Of a stretch of 58,534 nt of DNA, positions 9,631-17,707 are shown piece by piece. The stretch comes from Sphingomonadales bacterium (lineage in GTDB: Bacteria; Pseudomonadota; Alphaproteobacteria; Sphingomonadales; Sphingomonadaceae): assembly GCA_038224685.1 (NCBI GenBank), contig JBBRFG010000001.1, positions 1 through 58,534 on the forward strand, written 5' to 3'. Every line of letters begins with the position of its first letter. Position 1 is the stretch's first letter. The notes beneath the pieces were generated by a model. The model did no database searches. It was given only the letters and a program-made list of their open reading frames with translations, and was not told the origin of the DNA. The position numbers and the translations under genes were made by a program.

Positions 9631-11154
9631 TTAATGCGCATGGCCGTGGCCGAAGGCATCGGGCGTCGCCGCCGCTGCCCTGACCGCCGCCGCGCCGCGC
9701 GTGACCACCCGTTCGCCTGCCTTGAGCTGGCCTTCGACGGCCACTTGCGTGCCGCTGCGCGCCAGCACGGTGACGGCGCGGCGCTGGAAAGTCTCGCCGC
9801 CCAATTGGACGTAGATTACATCCTGCCCGCTTTCATTGAGCAGGGCACTGGCAGGAATGGTCAGCCGCTGCGTGGCATTTCCGGTGCGCAATTGCCCCTG
9901 CACACGCTGGCCAGGGCGCAGCGCGCGGCTGTTCCAGGCGAAGATGACTGAAAGGCTTCGGGTCTGCGGATCAATCGCTGCGCCGCGCTGCACCAGCTGA
10001 CCCGTGCCATTGCCCAGCGTGATGACCTGATCGGGCAATTGCAGGTCGATTCCGCTGGGCGTGCCGACCTTCGCAGCCATCGCTTCTGGCACGCGGGCGA
10101 CCAGCCACAGCGCCGCCGGATCGCCGATCCGCAGCAGCCGCTGTCCGCCGGTCACCCCTGCGCCTTGCACAAAGGTGCTATCGAGCACCTCCCCTGAGAT
10201 TGGCGCGACGACGGGAACACCTGCCCCGCCGCCTGCTACAGCCGAGCGGCGCTGCTTGGCTGTTCGCAGCTGCGCCTCGGCCAACCGCAATGCGGTGCGC
10301 GCCTCATCAAGCCTCCGTGCAGGAACGGCTTCAGCCTCGACCAGCTGCGCCATGCGCGCCACTTCACGCGCCGCCGCATCACTGGCAATCTGCGCTTGGC
10401 TGATTGCGAGACCAAGCGTGGCGACATCCTCGCCCCCGCCAAGGGTCGATGAAATGCTGCCAAGCACCTGCCCGCGCCGGACCCGGTCGCCCGCAGCAGG
10501 CATTCGTGCTGCACGAAGAATACCGTCAATGGGAGCCGAAACAATCGCCTCGGCTTGAGGCTGTAACTGCACATCGACGGTGACCGGCACGGTCTCGGCG
10601 AAATTGGTAAGCTGTGCCGCCGTGGTCATGAACGGGATGCGCCACTGCACTTCCTTGGAGAACGCGACCGCGCCTTCCTCCTTGGCTTCGACAGGAGCGG
10701 CCTTGGCGCCTTCTGCGCTGGTCGCCCACACGGTCACCTCGCCCAGATCGTAAACCGATTGGCCGTTGGGATTATCGAGCACCAGCCGCAGCCGCGCCTT
10801 GCCGTTCTTGGACGCCTTTAGCAGCGGCCTGAAGATGCCTTGGGTGTCGCTCGGCCCAGCCTTGGCGGTGTCCCGCTTGCGATCGGGCCACACCAGTTCT
10901 GCGGTGAGCGTGCCATCAGTCACGGGCTTGTAGCTATCCAGCCAGGTGAGGTGCGCATCGAACCGCCGGTTCTTGCCCTGCACCAAAGGGCGGTATTCGA
11001 CAAAAAGTTCGGTCGCTGGCGAAAATTGCGTGACCACGATCCCGCCGTCGCCATCAGACGCAGCCGGCTCTTCCGGGGACAGCAATCCGCACCCTGCCAG
11101 AGACAGGGCCAAAACAGGCGCGGCAAGCGCCGCAAACAGGCGGGATCGGGTCAT
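9631..11154 (-). CDS. RND efflux periplasmic adaptor (membrane fusion lipoprotein)
   Basis: Start moved to the ATG at 11154 (MTRSRLF...), lipobox LAGC. Lipoyl-like 'VSAPIDG' and 'VVAPISGEV', alpha hairpin, C-terminal 'GHGHAH'. Confidence 0.9.
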   Translation of the reverse strand: MTRSRLFAALAAPVLALSLAGCGLLSPEEPAASDGDGGIVVTQFSPATELFVEYRPLVQGKNRRFDAHLTWLDSYKPVTDGTLTAELVWPDRKRDTAKAGPSDTQGIFRPLLKASKNGKARLRLVLDNPNGQSVYDLGEVTVWATSAEGAKAAPVEAKEEGAVAFSKEVQWRIPFMTTAAQLTNFAETVPVTVDVQLQPQAEAIVSAPIDGILRAARMPAAGDRVRRGQVLGSISSTLGGGEDVATLGLAISQAQIASDAAAREVARMAQLVEAEAVPARRLDEARTALRLAEAQLRTAKQRRSAVAGGGAGVPVVAPISGEVLDSTFVQGAGVTGGQRLLRIGDPAALWLVARVPEAMAAKVGTPSGIDLQLPDQVITLGNGTGQLVQRGAAIDPQTRSLSVIFAWNSRALRPGQRVQGQLRTGNATQRLTIPASALLNESGQDVIYVQLGGETFQRRAVTVLARSGTQVAVEGQLKAGERVVTRGAAAVRAAAATPDAFGHGHAH

Positions 11155-11179
11155 TGTCAATACTCGAATCGAGAGGGGA

Positions 11180-11374
11180 TCAATGGTCGTGCGGTGCTGC
11201 TTCGTCGTGCGGCACACCATCGTGTTCGTGATCTTCAGCCACGGGGTCGGGTGCGTCGTTGTCACCGTCAGCTGCGTCGGCGGCTACTGGGGCCTCGGCG
11301 GTGTCGGCAGAATCGCCGCAAGCGGTCAGCACCAACAGTGCCGGGATCGCGGCACACACAATAATCTTCTTCAT
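11180..11374 (-). CDS. Small His/Asp-rich lipoprotein
   Basis: 64 aa, signal MKKIIV... with lipobox LTAC, acidic tail with 5 His; start overlaps the tolC stop (ATGA). Confidence 0.8.
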   Translation of the reverse strand: MKKIIVCAAIPALLVLTACGDSADTAEAPVAADAADGDNDAPDPVAEDHEHDGVPHDEAAPHDH

Positions 11375-12573
11375 CGGTAGCTCCTTCCAGTGGTGAGGTC
11401 GTAGTTGACCGCGGCCAGCGCGGCATCAAGCGCAAAGGCGATCACTGAAAGATCGGCGTCGCGCGCGGCTTCGTAGGCATCTAGCAATTCGACAACCCCG
11501 ATTTCTCCGGATTGGTAGGCAGTATTGGCAATAATGCCGAGCCGCCCGGCATCGTCCCGTGCGCTGATTGCAGCAACGGCAGCGGCGCGTAACGAGGACA
11601 GACGGGCGCTGGCAGCCAATTGTTCGGCAGCTATCCGGCGGCGAGCAATGGCAAGTTCCGCCTCAAGTGACGTGCGCCGCGCATCCTCGCGCCGCACCGC
11701 CGCGCCCCCGCCGTTCCACAGCGGCAGCGAAAGCCCAAGCGAGATGATGGGGCCATATTGCGTACCTGTACCATCATCGATCCCGCGCACCCCAGTGCCG
11801 ACCGAAAGCTGCGGCCAGCGCGCACGTTCAGCCGCTGTGAGGCGATATTCGGCCGCGGTGATGCGCTGTTCCTGCGCGGTCAGATCGGCGCGCTCGCCAA
11901 GCGCTGTTTCTGCTTGGCTAAGCGCCGTGAGAGCCTCCAGAGCAACCGTCGGATCAACCACCCCGGTGAGCCCGCCCAGCGTCACACAGTCAGCCCGGCG
12001 CGCGCCTTGAGCCTGCAAGCGTCCGGCGTCCGCCGCGCTGGCCTGCACGCGGACGCGGCGCACATCATAAACGGCGGTATCGCCCGCTTCCGCCCGCGCA
12101 GAGGCAATCCGCAGCGCTTCGTGCACATCTGCGATGTAGGCCTGCCAGATATCGGCCTGCGCTGAGGCCGCGGCACAGCGGACATAGGCGCTCCGCACAT
12201 CGGCGATCAGCAACTGGCGGCGACGTTCGATATCGGCAGCAGTCGCTTCGGCATCCGCTCGCGCAGCATCGCGCAAGGCAGCTCGGCGACCGACCAGATC
12301 GATCGGCTGCACCAGATGGAGCTGATATTCAATCTCGCCCCCGCCTTCACGCGCCAGTTCAAGCTGAGGATCGTCGAGCGGGCCGATCACATCGACCTCT
12401 GCCCCAGCAGCAGCGCGGTCGGCATCGTCGCGCGCGGCGATACCCTCCTGCGCCAGCGCCAGCGCGATCGCATCACTCTCGGCCAAGGACTCCTGCGCCG
12501 CAACCGGCAGAGCGATCACACCCAGCATGGCAGGGATGAGACGGGATACGCAGCGCATCCACTGAATTGACAT
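11371..12573 (-). CDS. TolC/CzcC-family outer membrane factor
   Basis: ATG at 12573 preceded by GGAGA; signal peptide; OEP repeat 'AYQSGEIGVVELLDA'. Confidence 0.9.
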   Translation of the reverse strand: MSIQWMRCVSRLIPAMLGVIALPVAAQESLAESDAIALALAQEGIAARDDADRAAAGAEVDVIGPLDDPQLELAREGGGEIEYQLHLVQPIDLVGRRAALRDAARADAEATAADIERRRQLLIADVRSAYVRCAAASAQADIWQAYIADVHEALRIASARAEAGDTAVYDVRRVRVQASAADAGRLQAQGARRADCVTLGGLTGVVDPTVALEALTALSQAETALGERADLTAQEQRITAAEYRLTAAERARWPQLSVGTGVRGIDDGTGTQYGPIISLGLSLPLWNGGGAAVRREDARRTSLEAELAIARRRIAAEQLAASARLSSLRAAAVAAISARDDAGRLGIIANTAYQSGEIGVVELLDAYEAARDADLSVIAFALDAALAAVNYDLTTGRSYR

Positions 12574-12640
12574 AATATTCTCCGCATAAGTCAGACGACC
12601 GGGCAATCGCCCGGCAAGCACGTCAGAGTGTTCGCGGAGG
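12574..12640 (-). promoter_or_regulatory. Predicted mRNA hairpin sequestering the tolC Shine-Dalgarno
   Basis: On the mRNA: CUCCGC...UCUGACG...CCGGGC-GAUU-GCCCGG...CGUCUGA...GCGGAG, three nested complementary segments. Confidence 0.6.
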
Positions 12641-12979
12641 TCGTAAAAGGTTGTTCGGCGGGCTTTCTGGCGCACGATCAGCGAGCGGCGTAGCACTCCG
12701 CCGTTCGGCCAGCATCAGCCGCTCTTTCAGCACAGGCGCGGATCCGGGCTCAGCTCCGACCGAAAGTACATCGGCAGGCAGGTGGTTGTGGGCAAACCCG
12801 GATCCGTGATCGCTCTCGTCGTCGGGGCTGGCATCCGTGTGGACGTGATCGTTATGATGAACATGGTCTTCGGACGACGCCAGCGACTGCCCGTGCTGCC
12901 CCAGATGCTCCGCCCATGCCGCACGCGGCACAAGCAGCGCGGATAGGAGTAGCGCAAGGGTCACGAAACGTAGCATCAT
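12623..12979 (-). CDS. Secreted His-rich leader protein (CzcI/DUF2946-like) ending in RPPR
   Basis: Start moved to 12979 (MMLRFVTLALLLSALLVPRAAWA signal peptide). 118 aa, 10 His, C-terminus LLRPPRTL; first gene of the efflux operon. Confidence 0.75.
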   Translation of the reverse strand: MMLRFVTLALLLSALLVPRAAWAEHLGQHGQSLASSEDHVHHNDHVHTDASPDDESDHGSGFAHNHLPADVLSVGAEPGSAPVLKERLMLAERRSATPLADRAPESPPNNLLRPPRTL

Positions 12980-13143
12980 CCAGTCATAGCCGCACGGTCC
13001 CATGCGATCAATTGACGATTGCGGCAATAAACGGCCTGTCATGGGTTCGATCACATCGGCAGCTTTGGGGTCGCTTTCTGAATGTGGAGTTTCAGGAAAC
13101 GAACTGAAGATAGCCGCCATTCCCGGCCCGAGCAGGTTAGTAT

Positions 13144-13188
13144 CGGTTTCTGGTCAACCCGGTCATTCCACATGCCAATTGGGAACGA
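13144..13188. repeat. 45-bp segment, inverted copy of 906-950
   Basis: 38/45 identity to the reverse complement of 906-950. Confidence 0.8.
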
Positions 13189-13191
13189 TCA

Positions 13192-13367
13192 CTAGGGTCA
13201 GGACCTATTAACCGCACCATTCCGCCGTCCCGAAGGGATTTGGCCAAAAGGGCCCATCGCCGCGTCAGTTCGGTTTGAAATATTGACATATTCCTGCACC
13301 TCACTTCCTCGCGCTGGGCCCTTTTAACTCAAACCTCAATGGTGCGGGTAATAGGTCCTGACCCTAG
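13192..13367. mobile_element. MITE-like non-autonomous element, 176 bp
   Basis: 30-bp terminal inverted repeats CTAGGGTCAGGACCTATTAACCGCACCATT / AATGGTGCGGGTAATAGGTCCTGACCCTAG (1 mismatch), CTAG at both ends, internal IR AAAAGGGCCCA/TGGGCCCTTTT, no ORF. Confidence 0.85.
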
Positions 13368-13403
13368 CATGAGCGGGACGTGGAGGGGCGAACCACCGCC
13401 CGC

Positions 13404-13430
13404 TTAAACTTACCCCCAAACGCCCGTTAT
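13404..13430 (+). promoter_or_regulatory. Putative sigma-28 (FliA)-type promoter of fliD
   Basis: TTAAA...CCCGTTAT resembles TAAA-N15-GCCGATAA and lies immediately upstream of a late flagellar gene. Confidence 0.4.
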
Positions 13431-13437
13431 CAGGGGC

Positions 13438-14868
13438 ATGGACAATCCCGGCTCTTCAATTCTGACATCGCTTGGCGCGGGCAGCGGGATTGATTTCAAT
13501 ACGCTGGCCACCGACATTTCGGCTGCCAGCTTTTCGTTCCAGCGGCAGACGTTGGAGACGCGCAGGCAATCGCTGGAAACCCGGATTTCGGCGGTTGCGC
13601 AGCTGCGCAGTTCCGTCACCAGCCTCGCCAGCGCGCTCGGCACCCGGTTTCGCAGCGGCGATCTGGCCCCGCGCGGCGAAATCGGCAATCCGGCGGTGGC
13701 GCGCGCCACCGTGCCGGTCGGCCTCAGCCCGCGCGGCAGCTATTCGCTCGAAGTCACGCAGCTGGCGCAAAGCCAAACGCTGGTGTCCAAATCCTATACC
13801 AGCCGCACCGACCTGGTCGGCGAAGGCACGCTGGGCATCCGGTTTGGAACAGTGGCCGGATCAGGCTTTGCCCAAGACGCCGCCAGCAGCGCGCTGGCGA
13901 TCACGGTGACAGCCGAAGACACGCTGGCCACTCTGGCCGCCAAAATCACCAATAGCAGCGGCGGCGCGATCAATGCCTATGTCACCGCTGGCACCGGCGG
14001 CGCGCGGCTGGTGCTCAAAGGCGCAGAGGGCGCCAACAGCGGATTTGTGCTTGAACCCGTCAGCGGATCGGCCGCGCCCACCGGCGCAGCGGGCGATCTT
14101 GGCTATCTCGGCTGGAACCCCGCAAGCGATACCGGCGAACTGCGCACGACCGCAGTCGATGCCGCCTTTCTGCTGGATACCGTGGAAATCAGCAGCCCGA
14201 CCAACCGCGTCACCGGCCTGCCGGGCGGGTTTGGCCTGCAACTGACCGCTACCAATACCGGCGCGCCGACCACGGTTTCATTCGGCAGCAATTCCGCCGG
14301 AATTTCAGCGGTGGTCAGCGATCTGGTCGCCGCGCTCAATGATATCGCATCGCAGGTCAATACTGTCGCCGCGCCGCGCGGGGGCGAGCTTGGCAATGAT
14401 CCGGGCGCGCGCGAATTGCGCCGCGATCTGGCAGGGCTGGCGGGCCGGTTAATTGATCCCGGCGCTGGCCCGGGCGAACCGCGCTCGCTCGCCGATCTGG
14501 GCGTGGTGTTGAACCGCGACGGCACGTTCCGGTTCGATGCCGCACGGCTTGATGCAGCGCTCGAAGCGAGCCCGGATGCGGTCGCCGCGCTGTTCACGCT
14601 TGGGCCAAGGGGGGTGTTTGCCACGGTCGATCAGTTCGCCCGCGAAAGCACCTTGATCGCTGACCCCGGATCGCTCGGCGGGTCGCTGCGCCGGTTTGAA
14701 AGCCAGTTGGAAAGCGGCGACGTACGGTTGGCGCGGATTACTGAGCAACAAGAAGTGCTGCGCCAGCGGCTGACCCGCAATTTCATCGCTTCGGAACGGC
14801 GCGTGGCGGCATCGCAATCGACGCTCGACTTCCTGCGCCTGCAATTCGCGCCGCGCGATAACAATTAA
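13438..14868 (+). CDS. fliD: Flagellar filament capping protein FliD
   Basis: N-terminal 'SLGAGSGID', 'YSLEVTQLAQSQ', C-terminal 'SLADLGV' and coiled-coil end. Confidence 0.9.
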   Translation: MDNPGSSILTSLGAGSGIDFNTLATDISAASFSFQRQTLETRRQSLETRISAVAQLRSSVTSLASALGTRFRSGDLAPRGEIGNPAVARATVPVGLSPRGSYSLEVTQLAQSQTLVSKSYTSRTDLVGEGTLGIRFGTVAGSGFAQDAASSALAITVTAEDTLATLAAKITNSSGGAINAYVTAGTGGARLVLKGAEGANSGFVLEPVSGSAAPTGAAGDLGYLGWNPASDTGELRTTAVDAAFLLDTVEISSPTNRVTGLPGGFGLQLTATNTGAPTTVSFGSNSAGISAVVSDLVAALNDIASQVNTVAAPRGGELGNDPGARELRRDLAGLAGRLIDPGAGPGEPRSLADLGVVLNRDGTFRFDAARLDAALEASPDAVAALFTLGPRGVFATVDQFARESTLIADPGSLGGSLRRFESQLESGDVRLARITEQQEVLRQRLTRNFIASERRVAASQSTLDFLRLQFAPRDNN

Positions 14869-14880
14869 GGACCGCGCGCC

Positions 14881-15246
14881 ATGCACATGCTCGCCGCCAA
14901 TCCTGCCGCAACCTATCGCCGGGTTGAACTTGACGCCCGGATCGAGGCATCGGGCAGCGCTGATCTCACCCGCATCTGTTTGGCCGAGGCGGCGTCCGCG
15001 CTGAACCAGGCCTTGATCGGTTTAGACCGGGGCCAGACCCCGCCTAGGCAGCCGCTTGCCCGCGCGCAGAGCATCATGCTGTGGCTGGCCCAATCGGTTG
15101 CCCCCGGCCACCCCTTATATGTCAGCCTCAAACAATTCTACGGCGGGTTGGCGAGCCAGATTGGGGCCAATCTCCTACATCCCGACCGTACGGTGGTTGA
15201 GAGAGTTGCAAATGATATCCGAGAGTTACTGGATGCTTCGCGGTGA
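14881..15246 (+). CDS. fliS: FliS-like flagellar chaperone
   Basis: 'ATYRRVELDARIE' N-terminus, helical 121 aa, directly downstream of fliD. Confidence 0.7.
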   Translation: MHMLAANPAATYRRVELDARIEASGSADLTRICLAEAASALNQALIGLDRGQTPPRQPLARAQSIMLWLAQSVAPGHPLYVSLKQFYGGLASQIGANLLHPDRTVVERVANDIRELLDASR

Positions 15247-15256
15247 CGGAGCGCAA

Positions 15257-15272
15257 TGTTTCACGTGAAACA
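15257..15272. other. parS centromere-like site
   Basis: Perfect TGTTTCACGTGAAACA; the palindrome extends to 15255-15274; lies between convergent genes. Confidence 0.85.
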
Positions 15273-15290
15273 TTCGGCGAACATCGCGTA

Positions 15291-16181
15291 TCAGCCGATA
15301 AAATCAGCAATGATCCGGGCCGCATCTGCCGGGTCTTCGAGCGGGTGAAAATGGGTGCGGTCAGGGCGATAGAGATCGGTGCCGTGGGGCAAGATCGCCG
15401 CAAGCTCTGGCCACGTCGGTGAGCTTTTGAAATCATTGAGATCAGTGTGTTTGGCGCGCACCACCAGCACCGGGATCGCGACACTGCGCGCCGCCTCCAG
15501 CACGCCCGGATTGCTGCGGCTTGAGGCGTAAACGCTGGCCTCCACCTCGGGCGAGCAGGCTAGTTGATACCCCTCACCCGAGGGGGCTGGGACAAGGCCG
15601 TAACGGCAGTAATCTGCGAACACGCGGGGATCAAACAGGCAATAGGGATCGCGGTCTTTGAAGCGTTCGATCATCGCTTCGGGCGATGCGAAATCGCGCT
15701 TGCGGCGGATCGCGGGGTGGGGATTGTCATCGCTGTAAAGCGGTTGGCCCGGCGCGTAAAATTCCGGCGCAAGGATCACCGGATCGAACAATACCAGCCG
15801 GCAAAACGCGCCCGGATGATCGGCGGCAACCTGCAACAGCGTGTGCGCGCCCATCGAATGGCCGATGCCGACCGCGCCGGTGATGCCCGCTTGGCCAAGG
15901 AAATCAGCGACATCGGCTGCCACCCGCCGCCAATCGCTGATCGGCCCGCCGCCTGCCCCGGTGTTGCGCGATTGCCCATGCCCGCGCAGGTCGATGGCGT
16001 GGGCGGAATGGTCTGGGAACTGTTCGACAATCGCATCGAACACCCGCCCGTGAAAGCCGGTTGCATGGGCAAACACCAGCGGCGCGGACGCGGAGCCGGG
16101 CGCGGCCCATTGGTGCACGGCAAGATCAATCCCGCCGGTCGGAAAGGGCCGAGTGACAGGGGCAGGTCGGATCAGTTTCAT
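15291..16181 (-). CDS. Alpha/beta fold hydrolase
   Basis: HATGF, DLRGHGQS, nucleophile elbow GHSMG, C-terminal His (THF). Confidence 0.9.
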   Translation of the reverse strand: MKLIRPAPVTRPFPTGGIDLAVHQWAAPGSASAPLVFAHATGFHGRVFDAIVEQFPDHSAHAIDLRGHGQSRNTGAGGGPISDWRRVAADVADFLGQAGITGAVGIGHSMGAHTLLQVAADHPGAFCRLVLFDPVILAPEFYAPGQPLYSDDNPHPAIRRKRDFASPEAMIERFKDRDPYCLFDPRVFADYCRYGLVPAPSGEGYQLACSPEVEASVYASSRSNPGVLEAARSVAIPVLVVRAKHTDLNDFKSSPTWPELAAILPHGTDLYRPDRTHFHPLEDPADAARIIADFIG

Positions 16182-16216
16182 CCGCCCGCCAAACCGGATC
16201 GGTCAGCGGGTGTCAA

Positions 16217-17707
16217 TCACACGATTTTGGCAGGGCCAGCCGCAACCTTAACGTCTGCTTCCGCGCTGTTGCGGGCGAAATGCAGTGCCTCGGCCAGCCG
16301 CGTCGGCGCGATCAGGTGCAGCACGCTGCCGTACACCGCCCCGCCCAGCGGCACCGCGATCACCAGCACCAGCAGCGACGGCAGGGCGGGCGGCAACAGC
16401 GTCAGCAGCGCCGCAACGCCCGCCGCCATCGCCAATGCCGCAGCCAGCGGCGGCGCAATCGCGCGTGCCAAATCGCCCAGTTTCAGCCCGACGATGCGGC
16501 CCGACAGCGTCACCGTTGCGCCGGTCAGCACCGCCATCCCGCCAACCCAGCCCCACGCAAACCCTTCGATCCCCCATTGCGATCCGATCAGGAATGCCGA
16601 TGGCATCACCACGCTGCCGATGATTGCAATCCGCAGCGCCGCCCACGGCACCCCGCGCGCATTGGTGGCAGGCGCGAACAGAATTTGCAGCGTTAACATC
16701 GCCATCGCGCCCGCCAGGATCGGCAGCAGCGGGATAATCTCAATCCATTTATCGCCCAGCAGCACTGGCACCAGCGGCTGCGCCACCACCGCCATCCCGG
16801 CATAGGCAGGCAGCGCGATCAGCATCACCAGCCGGATTGTGGCGAGCAAGGCAGCCGATCCGGTTTCTTGGCTGCGCGAATAGGCAGCATAGGCGACTTC
16901 GTTGATCGGCGGCACAAACTTGGCCGCCAGCAGCTGCGCCAGAAACAGTCCGGTAGTGTAAACGCCAAGCGTGTGCGGATCGAGCGTTCGCCCGGCGATC
17001 ATCACATCGGATTGGCTCTGCACAAACCAGAACAGCTGCGTCGCGGTCATCACCCCGCCAAACCCGGCGATATGGCCCGCGCCGCGAAACCGGAAACTCG
17101 GCCTGATCGGCGCGCCCGATACCCAGGTCATTCCGGTCGCTTCGGTCACGATCATCACCAGCGGGGCAGCGACCAAGGTCCACACCCCCCAATCATGGAA
17201 TGCGCCGGTCAGCGCGGTCGCCGCGCCCATCAGCGCCGCGGCCAGCCGCACCTGCGCAGGGCGGCGAAAATCCATCCGGCGGCTCATCATCGCGTGCGGC
17301 AGCGCGCAGAACGGCACGGCGAGATACAGCAGCGCCAGCACCCGCAGCAGGCTGGTCACCTGCGGCTGGCCAAACCACAACGCCACCAGCGGCGCGGCGA
17401 GAAATTGCGCCAGCGCCAGCCCGCAATTCATCAGCACCAGCATCCCCAGCGTTTGGCGCAGGCGCTCCTTGCTCACCTCAGCCTCGCGGATCAGCGCGCT
17501 CGCCAAACCCCAGCCGTTCATGGTGCTGAGCAGCACCAGCATCACCTGCGCCATCGCGAACAGCCCGTAATCCTGCGGGGCCAGCAGGCGGATCACGATC
17601 AGCGTCGAACACCATGACACGATTTGCGTGAGCACCTGGCTGCCCGAACGCCAAATCACCGCCGTGCGCACCTGCGCGGCGAGCGATGGGAGGCCAGCTT
17701 TATCCAC
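16217..17707 (-). CDS. Wzx-type polysaccharide flippase (PST/MOP family)
   Basis: 'RLLAPQDYGLFAM', 'RRMDFR', 'WGVWTLV'; many TM segments. Confidence 0.88.
   Translation of the reverse strand: MDKAGLPSLAAQVRTAVIWRSGSQVLTQIVSWCSTLIVIRLLAPQDYGLFAMAQVMLVLLSTMNGWGLASALIREAEVSKERLRQTLGMLVLMNCGLALAQFLAAPLVALWFGQPQVTSLLRVLALLYLAVPFCALPHAMMSRRMDFRRPAQVRLAAALMGAATALTGAFHDWGVWTLVAAPLVMIVTEATGMTWVSGAPIRPSFRFRGAGHIAGFGGVMTATQLFWFVQSQSDVMIAGRTLDPHTLGVYTTGLFLAQLLAAKFVPPINEVAYAAYSRSQETGSAALLATIRLVMLIALPAYAGMAVVAQPLVPVLLGDKWIEIIPLLPILAGAMAMLTLQILFAPATNARGVPWAALRIAIIGSVVMPSAFLIGSQWGIEGFAWGWVGGMAVLTGATVTLSGRIVGLKLGDLARAIAPPLAAALAMAAGVAALLTLLPPALPSLLVLVIAVPLGGAVYGSVLHLIAPTRLAEALHFARNSAEADVKVAAGPAKIV

Noticed and set aside
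13211-13219. ACCGCACCA in the MITE TIR equals the last 9 nt of tRNA-Leu (possible att site)
   Set aside because: Only 9 bp, part of the TIR symmetry, and the 12 kb in between includes ordinary genes; probably coincidental.
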